This document shows, one piece after another, positions 1 through 6,762 of a stretch of DNA of 12,062 nt. Both the position numbers and the translations under genes were made by a program. A model generated the notes under the pieces. That model did no database searches and was not told the DNA's origin. It worked only from the letters and a program-made list of their open reading frames with translations. This DNA is from Planctomycetota bacterium (GTDB lineage: Bacteria > Planctomycetota > GCA-002687715 > DRQF01): assembly GCA_027001995.1 (NCBI GenBank), contig JALTLO010000059.1:8409-20470 (forward strand). Direction: 5' to 3'. Within the stretch, counting starts at the first letter, position 1. The number at the start of each line of letters is the position of its first letter.

Positions 1-2
1 AC

Positions 3-701
<699 letters not shown>

Positions 702-722
702 TCAAGAAGAACGAGGTGAATC

Positions 723-1145
723 GTGTCCGGAACAACGTTTGAAATCGAAATCGTCACACCTGAGAAGGAGATCTACCGTGGTGAAGCCACGGAAATGGTC
801 CTTCCAGCGGCTGACGGCCTGATGGGTGTTTTGCCTAATCACGCGCCTATCGTTGCCGCTCTCGATGTGGGACGGGTTACGGTGACACGAGCCGACGGTG
901 GCCAAGACGAGATGATGATCTCCGACGGTTTCTTTGAGATGGCTGACAACCATGCTCGCATCCTTGCTGATGTGGGCGAAATGGCTGGAGACATCGATAA
1001 GGAGCGGGCCAAGCAAGCTGAGGAACGTGCTCGTAAGCGTATTGCCCTTCGAGGTGGCAGCGACACCCAAGGCATTGACTTCGTGCGGGCTGAACGAGCT
1101 CTTCAAAGAGCTTTGTGGCGCTTGCAGATTTCCGGCGGCGAATAA
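723..1145 (+). CDS. atpC: F1Fo ATP synthase subunit epsilon
   Basis: EIVTPE, GLMGVLPNHAP, DGFFEM, IDKERA and C-terminal ALQRALWRL; directly follows atpD; GTG start with GAGGT SD at 713-717. Confidence 0.98.
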   Translation: MSGTTFEIEIVTPEKEIYRGEATEMVLPAADGLMGVLPNHAPIVAALDVGRVTVTRADGGQDEMMISDGFFEMADNHARILADVGEMAGDIDKERAKQAEERARKRIALRGGSDTQGIDFVRAERALQRALWRLQISGGE

Positions 1146-1165
1146 GTCACTGATTTGACGAAAAT

Positions 1166-1200
1166 GGCCCCTGGGAGCTTCGTGCTTTCAGGGGTTTTTT
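1166..1200 (+). terminator. Rho-independent terminator of the atp operon
   Basis: Stem GGCCCCTGGGAGC (1166-1178) / GCTTTCAGGGGTT (1184-1196) with G-U pairs, loop TTCGT, T run to 1200. Flanking ACGAAAA (1158-1164) / TTTTCGT (1197-1203) can extend it. Confidence 0.88.
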
Positions 1201-1258
1201 CGTGGAGAGGCCAAAGAGGGGGTTTTGCAAGGAGTCCTTCCGGTGTGCCCTTACCCCT

Positions 1259-1267
1259 TGCTATATT
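1259..1267 (+). promoter_or_regulatory. Putative extended -10 sigma70-type promoter for aspS
   Basis: TG-C-TATATT, 37 nt upstream of the aspS ATG and downstream of the atp terminator; no good -35 at canonical spacing. Confidence 0.45.
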
Positions 1268-1304
1268 CTGATTCGCATATCAGACCGGAATTGAGGTAGA
1301 GGCT

Positions 1305-3083
1305 ATGAAACTCAAGCGAACACATAACTGCGGTGAACTACGTGTCGATCAAGTGGGCGAAGAGGTCATCTTAAACGGTTGGGTCATGAGCTGCCGTAAC
1401 CATGGTGGCTTGCTGTTCGTTGACATGCGTGACCGTTATGGAATTACCCAGGTTCGCTTAGATCCGGAGCGTACAGAAGGTGCTGAAGAGTTCAAGACCG
1501 AGACGGTAATAGCGGTCCGGGGCAAGGTCTGCGGCCGGCCGGACGAGAACATCAATAAGAATCGTGCCACCGGTGCCATCGAAGTTATGGCCGAGGCATG
1601 TGAACTATTGGGCCCCTGCAAGACAATTCCATTTGAGATTGTTGAGGACATTGAGACGCGGGAAGAGCTTCGTCTCGAATACCGCTACTTGGATATGCGG
1701 CGGGAGACTTTGACCAAGGCAATTGTCTTTCGCAGCAAATTGGCCCAGCTTATTCGCAACGTGTTTCATGGCGAAGACTTTGTCGAAGTTGAGACCCCAT
1801 TGTTGATGAAGACATCTCCAGAAGGAGCACGAGATTTCGTTGTGCCGTCCCGGCTGCATCATGGTGATGTCTACGCTTTGCCTCAGTCACCCCAGCTCTT
1901 GAAGCAGACACTCATGGTGTCTGGGATCGACCGCTACTTTCAGATTTGCAAGTGTATGCGGGACGAGGATCTGCGGGCGGACCGCCAACCGGAGTTTACT
2001 CAGCTCGACATGGAGATGTCTTTTGTTGAGCCTGATGATGTCTTTGCTGTGATCGAAAAGACAATCAAGACGGTCTTCAAGGAGCTTAAGGGAGAAGAGC
2101 TGCCAGAGCAGTTTCCTCGACTGACATACAAAGAGGCCATGAACCGCTTCGGCATTGATAAGCCCGATACACGTTTCGGTCTGGAGCTGACTGATGTCTC
2201 GGAAGTGGCAAAAACTTGCGGATTCAAAGTGTTCTCTGGCTCTGTTGGACCGAAAAACAGTGTGCGTTGCATTCGTGTTCCTGGTGGCGCTTCCTTGGGC
2301 CGCAAGAAGATCGACAAACTTGAGAAGGTGGCCCAAGAGTATGGTGCTCGAGGTCTCGCTTGGGTGAAGATCAAGGAAGACGGTTTTCAGGGCCCTGTCG
2401 GCAAATACTTAAATGAAGATGAATTGCAGGCCATGATGGCTTTGGCGGGGGCTGAAGTGGGAGACTTGATGCTTTTCGGTGCTGGAGACAATGGGACAGT
2501 CTTCGCTTCATTGGCCCATGTTCGTTTGGCCTTGGGCAAAGAGCTGGATCTGATTGACAAGTCTAAGACTGACGTCTTGTGGGTGGTGGACTTCCCCTTG
2601 TTTGAGTTTGACGAAGACTGGGGCGGGTGGACAGCCATGCATCATATGTTCTCCATGCCTCAAGAAGATTTGCCTGACTCGGCTTCTGATGACTTAGACA
2701 AAATCTTGGGGAAACAATACGATTTGGTGATCAACGGCAACGAGTTGGGCTCGGGAAGTGTCCGAATTCACCGCCCCGATATTCAGCGTAAGGTCTTTGA
2801 GCTCCTCGGTATGGGGGAAGAAGAAGCGGACGCCAAGTTCGGCTGGTTCCTGCGGGCTTTGGAGTATGGGGCGCCGCCCCATGGAGGTATCGCTCTGGGT
2901 TTAGACCGCTTAGTGATGGTCATGCTGGGTTATGAAAACATCCGGGACGTCATTGCTTTTCCTAAGAACTCCAATGGCGTTTGCCCCATGACAGGCTCGC
3001 CATCCCCAGCCATTGGGGATACGTTTGAAGCCGTGGGCTTGCAGTTGCGGCCAAAGTCAGAAGAAGAAGCCCCGTCGGAGTAG
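1305..3083 (+). CDS. aspS: Aspartate--tRNA ligase (bacterial type with GAD insertion; possibly non-discriminating Asp/Asn)
   Basis: RTHNCGEL start, OB-fold HGGLLFVDMRD, LRLEYRYLDMRR, PEGARDFVVPSR, ALPQSPQL, motif 2 RDEDLRADRQPEFTQLD, motif 3 PPHGGIALGLDRL, IRDVIAFPK; GAGGT SD at 1293-1297. Confidence 0.99.
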   Translation: MKLKRTHNCGELRVDQVGEEVILNGWVMSCRNHGGLLFVDMRDRYGITQVRLDPERTEGAEEFKTETVIAVRGKVCGRPDENINKNRATGAIEVMAEACELLGPCKTIPFEIVEDIETREELRLEYRYLDMRRETLTKAIVFRSKLAQLIRNVFHGEDFVEVETPLLMKTSPEGARDFVVPSRLHHGDVYALPQSPQLLKQTLMVSGIDRYFQICKCMRDEDLRADRQPEFTQLDMEMSFVEPDDVFAVIEKTIKTVFKELKGEELPEQFPRLTYKEAMNRFGIDKPDTRFGLELTDVSEVAKTCGFKVFSGSVGPKNSVRCIRVPGGASLGRKKIDKLEKVAQEYGARGLAWVKIKEDGFQGPVGKYLNEDELQAMMALAGAEVGDLMLFGAGDNGTVFASLAHVRLALGKELDLIDKSKTDVLWVVDFPLFEFDEDWGGWTAMHHMFSMPQEDLPDSASDDLDKILGKQYDLVINGNELGSGSVRIHRPDIQRKVFELLGMGEEEADAKFGWFLRALEYGAPPHGGIALGLDRLVMVMLGYENIRDVIAFPKNSNGVCPMTGSPSPAIGDTFEAVGLQLRPKSEEEAPSE

Positions 3084-3110
3084 ATGGTTCAGGATCTCTA
3101 CCAACAGAAT

Positions 3111-3164
3111 AGGCGAAACCCGCCCTGCTCAGATTGTTGAGTAGGGCAGATCTTCGCTTTTCTC
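3111..3164 (+). terminator. Probable intrinsic terminator downstream of aspS
   Basis: Stem GCCCTGCTCA (3122-3131) / TGAGTAGGGC (3138-3147), outer AGGCGAA (3111-3117) / TTCGCTT (3153-3159), then a pyrimidine-rich tail. The U tract is not directly adjacent to the inner stem. Confidence 0.6.
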
Positions 3165-3210
3165 TCCCATGTTGTACCAAAAAAAATCTTGAGCGACTTC
3201 GAGGCGTTTT

Positions 3211-3243
3211 GACTTAAGTTATTTCAATACAATGACTTGAGTC
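3211..3243. repeat. Imperfect inverted repeat, 13-7-13
   Basis: GACTTAAGTTATT-tcaatac-AATGACTTGAGTC; the arms match at 11 of 13 positions. Confidence 0.8.
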
Positions 3244-3255
3244 TTTTGGCGCCGT

Positions 3256-3284
3256 TTGACTCGTGCATTTAGTTCTGCTACAAA
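3256..3284 (+). promoter_or_regulatory. Putative sigma70-type promoter for the thrS operon
   Basis: TTGACT (3256-3261), 17-nt spacer containing TG at 3276-3277, TACAAA (3279-3284), in an AT-rich intergenic stretch. Confidence 0.55.
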
Positions 3285-3415
3285 ACCATTCAATATTCCG
3301 CGATCCAGGCAAAGTCCGTCTACGGAGAGTGCCTGAGGTCTGTAAAGTCCCAGTTGGTAAGTAGTTAGAGACGAGAGTGCGTCCAGTGGATGGCCCAGTG
3401 ATTGAGCAAGACAAG

Positions 3416-5338
3416 ATGATTACGGTTACGCTTCCCGACGGTCATGAACGTCAGGTCGCTCGCGGTACGTCCGTCATCGATTTTGCTGCTGGCATTGGTG
3501 TCGGCTTGGCGAAAGCGACTCTGGGAGCTTGCCTCAATGGCTCAAAGGAAATTGTCGATCTTCGCAGCCCGATCCTGGACGACTGCAGCATTGAGATTGT
3601 CACGGCAAAATCCAAAGCTGGTCTTCATGTAATTCGCCATTCGGCTTCTCACATCATGGCTGACGCCATTTTGAGGTTGTGGCCTGATTGCAAACTGGCC
3701 ATCGGCCCATCGACGGATCAAGGTTTCTACTACGATATCGATCTTGACCACAAGATTACCGAGGATGATCTGGGGCGCATCGAAGCCGAGATGAAGAAGG
3801 TGATCAAAGAGGATACTCCTTTCGAGCGCCACACCGTTGAGCGGGAAGCAAGCCTGGATGAATTTCGTCGTGCTGGCGAAATCTACAAAGTTGAATTGAT
3901 TGAGGGTTTTGATCCCGATGACGAGCTTTCGGTCTATCGTCATGGAACCACAGCCTTTGAAGATCTCTGCCGCGGTCCTCATGTGCCAAGCACGGGCCAC
4001 ATCAAAGCGTTCAAACTGATGCGCGTGGCCGGCTCGTACTGGCGCGGTGACGAAAAGCGCCAAGTCCTGCAACGTATCTATGGCACGGCGTTTCCTTCTA
4101 AGAAGGAACTCAATCAATATCTGCATAACTTGGAAGAAGCGAAGAAGAGGGATCACCGCAAGTTGGGCAAAGAGCTGGAGCTTTTTATGTTCCATCCGAC
4201 GGCTCCTGCAACTCCATTCTTCTTGCCCAAAGGGGCAGTCATTTACAATGAGCTGGTCAATTTCATGCGGGAGAAATATCTCGACTACGGCTATGACGAA
4301 GTCGTGACACCGCAAATCTTAGACGTGGAGTTGTGGAAACGTTCAGGTCACTGGGATAAGTATCAAGACAACATGTTCTTCACTAAGTTTGATAAGGCTG
4401 AGTATGGGGTCAAGCCCATGAATTGCCCGACCCATGCTCTGATCTATGGATCAGCTTTGAAGAGCTACAAACAACTTCCGATTCGCTTGGCAGATTTTGG
4501 TCGTTTGCACCGTTATGAACGCTCCGGCGTCACCGCTGGTTTGACTCGTGTTCGCTCATTCTGCCAAGACGATGCTCATATCTTCTGCCGAGACGATCAA
4601 ATCGGCGAGGAGATCTCTCAGGTCATTAAGATGCTCAATGAGGTCTATGAGACCTTTGGCTTTGATCATCTGAAAATCTACTTGTCGACCCGTCCAGAAA
4701 AGAGTGTGGGGTCAGATGAGGTGTGGGAAAAGGCTGAGGAAGGCTTACGCAATGCCTTGGCCGAGAACGATATTGAGTATGAAGTCAATGAAGGGGATGG
4801 CGCCTTCTATGGACCCAAGATCGATTTTGTCGTTTTTGATGCTTTGGAACGAGAGTGGCAGTTGGGAACGGTCCAGCTTGACTTCACCATGCCCGAGCGT
4901 TTTGATTTGGAATATGTGAATCCTGGTGACGGGAAATCCCGCCCGGTGATGATTCATCGTGCTATCCTCGGTTCACTTGAGCGATTCATGGGAATCATTA
5001 TTGAGCATTTTGCTGGCAACTTCCCCTTGTGGTTGGCACCAGTTCAGGTGCGGGTGATCAACATCAGTGATAGCCAAAGAGAATACGCCGAAGGTGTTGT
5101 GGCCAGCTTGAAGAAGTTAGGCATTCGTGTTGATGCGGATTACGCCAATACCAGAATTGGTGGCAAGATTCGTGATGCTCGGAATGCACGTTTGCCATTC
5201 ATCGCTGTTGTTGGCGATCGAGAAAAAGAAAACGGGCAGGTGGCCGTCCAAGCCCTTGGTGGTGTGGACCTCGGCCCCAGCTCAGTGGAAGATTTTGGTC
5301 TCATGCTCAAGAACAAAATTGAAGCACGAGAAATTTAG
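3416..5338 (+). CDS. thrS: Threonine--tRNA ligase
   Basis: TGS start ITVTLPDG, editing domain RHSASHIMA and DLCRGPHV, RDHRKLGKEL, KPMNCP, DDAHIF, GAFYGPKID, MIHRAILGSLERF. ATG 3416 fits the usual N-terminus; GTG 3377 and GTG 3398 are alternatives. Confidence 0.99.
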   Translation: MITVTLPDGHERQVARGTSVIDFAAGIGVGLAKATLGACLNGSKEIVDLRSPILDDCSIEIVTAKSKAGLHVIRHSASHIMADAILRLWPDCKLAIGPSTDQGFYYDIDLDHKITEDDLGRIEAEMKKVIKEDTPFERHTVEREASLDEFRRAGEIYKVELIEGFDPDDELSVYRHGTTAFEDLCRGPHVPSTGHIKAFKLMRVAGSYWRGDEKRQVLQRIYGTAFPSKKELNQYLHNLEEAKKRDHRKLGKELELFMFHPTAPATPFFLPKGAVIYNELVNFMREKYLDYGYDEVVTPQILDVELWKRSGHWDKYQDNMFFTKFDKAEYGVKPMNCPTHALIYGSALKSYKQLPIRLADFGRLHRYERSGVTAGLTRVRSFCQDDAHIFCRDDQIGEEISQVIKMLNEVYETFGFDHLKIYLSTRPEKSVGSDEVWEKAEEGLRNALAENDIEYEVNEGDGAFYGPKIDFVVFDALEREWQLGTVQLDFTMPERFDLEYVNPGDGKSRPVMIHRAILGSLERFMGIIIEHFAGNFPLWLAPVQVRVINISDSQREYAEGVVASLKKLGIRVDADYANTRIGGKIRDARNARLPFIAVVGDREKENGQVAVQALGGVDLGPSSVEDFGLMLKNKIEAREI

Positions 5339-5339
5339 T

Positions 5340-5396
5340 ATGCGAGTTTGTTCGCAAATCGAAGGAGAGCAGATGATTCTGGAGTGTAATTCTTGA
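5340..5396 (+). CDS. Candidate small bridging ORF MRVCSQIEGEQMILECNS (or 7-aa MILECNS from ATG 5373)
   Basis: ATG is 1 nt after the thrS stop; the second in-frame ATG has AAGGAG (5362-5367) 5 nt upstream; the TGA stop overlaps the infC TTG. Translation is unproven. Confidence 0.3.
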   Translation: MRVCSQIEGEQMILECNS

Positions 5397-5938
5397 GACG
5401 CCGTCAAATGCGAGGTCCACCCCCCGGGCCAAGGCAACGTATCAATCGAATGATTCGGGTTTCCCCTTTGCGCGTCATTGGCGCCGACGGAGAGCTCGTG
5501 GGAGTTGTTTCTCGTGACCAGGCTTTGGACTTAGCTCGTGAGGCTAATCTAGACTTGGTAGAAATCTCCCCGGATGCAAGCCCGCCGGTGTGCAAGCTGA
5601 TGGACTATGGCCGATTCAAGTATGAAGCCAAGAAGAAGGCTCAAAAAGCCAAGTCGAAACAACATAAAGTTCAGGTGAAAGAAATTCGGTTTAGGCCGAA
5701 AACGGACACCCATGACATCGAAACGAAGGTCAACAAGGCCAAGAAGTTTTTGATGGATGGCGATAAAGTCCAGTTCACTGTGATCTTTCGTGGACGCGAA
5801 GTAACGCACCCTGAGATCCCTATGGAGATTCTCAAGAGTGTGGTTGAAGAGCTCGGGGAGCTCTGCAAAGTAGAGCGCATACCTAAAATTGAGGGTAGGC
5901 GCATGACGATGATCGTTTCGCCGGTTAGCAAGAAATAG
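5393..5938 (+). CDS. infC: Translation initiation factor IF-3
   Basis: RINRMIR..LRVIG, LDLVEISPDASPPVCKLMDYGRFKYE, VKEIRFRPK, GDKV, FRGRE; lies between thrS and rpmI. TTG start with GGAG at 5381-5384; in-frame TAA at 5387 limits upstream extension. Confidence 0.98.
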   Translation: MRRRQMRGPPPGPRQRINRMIRVSPLRVIGADGELVGVVSRDQALDLAREANLDLVEISPDASPPVCKLMDYGRFKYEAKKKAQKAKSKQHKVQVKEIRFRPKTDTHDIETKVNKAKKFLMDGDKVQFTVIFRGREVTHPEIPMEILKSVVEELGELCKVERIPKIEGRRMTMIVSPVSKK

Positions 5939-5955
5939 TTAACCGGGGGATCGGC

Positions 5956-5987
5956 AGGTTGGCTCGCTCGGGGCGAGTTGGCCTTTT
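5956..5987 (+). terminator. Terminator-like hairpin between infC and rpmI
   Basis: 12-bp stem AGGTTGGCTCGC / GCGAGTTGGCCT including four consecutive G-U pairs, ending in TTTT (5984-5987). Confidence 0.5.
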
Positions 5988-6005
5988 GGATTGAAAGGAT
6001 CTGTA

Positions 6006-6203
6006 ATGCCGAAGATGAAAACGAACCGTTCCGCGAGGAAGCGGTACAAGTTGACGAAGAGTGGCAAAGTCCGTCGCTTCCGTGCCTTTAAGAGTCACAT
6101 GCGCCAGACAAAATCACCCAAGCGCAAGCGGGCACTCCGTCGCCCCTTGATTTTAGCTGAGGGTGACGCTCGCGTCGCACGTGAGATGATCGGCAAACGC
6201 TGA
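6006..6203 (+). CDS. rpmI: 50S ribosomal protein bL35
   Basis: MPKMKTNRSARKRYKLTKSGKV...SH...KSPKRKRALR; AAAGGA SD at 5994-5999. ATG 6006 is preferred over TTG 5991. Confidence 0.97.
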   Translation: MPKMKTNRSARKRYKLTKSGKVRRFRAFKSHMRQTKSPKRKRALRRPLILAEGDARVAREMIGKR

Positions 6204-6209
6204 TTGATC

Positions 6210-6299
6210 TCGTTTTGGGGCTTGTGCACAGTGCAAAGGCCCCGGGATGTTTGTGTCCTGAAACGACAAACCCGCGCTCAAAGAGTTAGCGGATAGGAG
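6210..6299 (+). promoter_or_regulatory. Structured RNA in the rpmI-rplT spacer, candidate L20-responsive leader
   Basis: Three-way junction P1 6210-6216/6260-6266, P2 6217-6243, P3 6244-6259, then hairpin 6272-6292 next to SD AGGAG 6295-6299. Paired by eye. Confidence 0.5.
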
Positions 6300-6309
6300 T
6301 TGTAGAGCT

Positions 6310-6660
6310 ATGAGAGTTACAAGCGCCGTACCACGGCATAAGCGCAAGAAGCGCATCATGAAAAGAGCGAAGGGTTTCCGCGGCGGCCGCGGGAAGTTGC
6401 TTCGCACAGCAAAAGAAACGATCATCCGGGCAGACGTATTTGCCTATCGCGACCGGAAGACAAGGAAACGCGAGTTTCGTCGCCTCTGGATTACAAGAAT
6501 TTCAGCATCCACCCGCATGAATGGCATGAGTTACAGCCAGTTCATCAATGGTTTGGCCAAAGCTGAAGTGACATTGGATCGTAAGCAGCTTGCCGAGATT
6601 GCGGTAAGTGACCCTCAGGGATTTGCAAGCTTGGTTGAAACTGCCAAGGCTGCTCTCTGA
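6310..6660 (+). CDS. rplT: 50S ribosomal protein bL20
   Basis: MRV...KRAKGFRGGR, AYRDRKTRKREFRRLWITRI, SYSQFINGL, LDRKQLAEIA. Confidence 0.99.
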   Translation: MRVTSAVPRHKRKKRIMKRAKGFRGGRGKLLRTAKETIIRADVFAYRDRKTRKREFRRLWITRISASTRMNGMSYSQFINGLAKAEVTLDRKQLAEIAVSDPQGFASLVETAKAAL

Positions 6661-6676
6661 GAAATCGGATTCGACG

Positions 6677-6711
6677 AAGAGGCCTGGCAAGAAATCTGCC
6701 AGGCCTCTTTT
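6677..6711 (+). terminator. Intrinsic terminator downstream of rplT
   Basis: Perfect 13-bp stem AAGAGGCCTGGCA (6677-6689) / TGCCAGGCCTCTT (6697-6709), TTTT at 6708-6711; outer TCGACG/CGTTGA extension. Confidence 0.85.
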
Positions 6712-6762
6712 CGTTGACTATCGAATTCACGTTGTTTCAGTCTGCTGTGAAGCGAGAGATTG

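Noticed and set aside
1143..1156. TAAGTCACTGATTT after atpC resembling a half-site of the 3211-3243 palindrome
   Set aside because: No matching second arm, and it includes the stop codon; probably chance.
3209..3233. TTGACT ... TACAAT as a promoter
   Set aside because: The spacer is only 13 nt, too short for sigma70.
3214..3414. 66-aa Thr-rich minus-strand ORF in the aspS-thrS spacer
   Set aside because: It is antisense to thrS so cannot be a leader peptide, overlaps the predicted promoter, and has no clear SD or motif.
3290..3415. T-box riboswitch or tRNA gene upstream of thrS
   Set aside because: No GGTGGNACC T-box, no terminator before the start codon, and no cloverleaf or GTTCRA T-loop.
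3542..4315. 257-aa antisense ORF inside thrS
   Set aside because: Lies wholly opposite a conserved gene, has no recognisable motifs, and is best explained as a codon-bias shadow.
5127..5339. Upstream part of the 89-aa ORF 5127-5396
   Set aside because: Overlaps thrS out of frame with no supporting signal; only the intergenic part from ATG 5340 is kept as a candidate.
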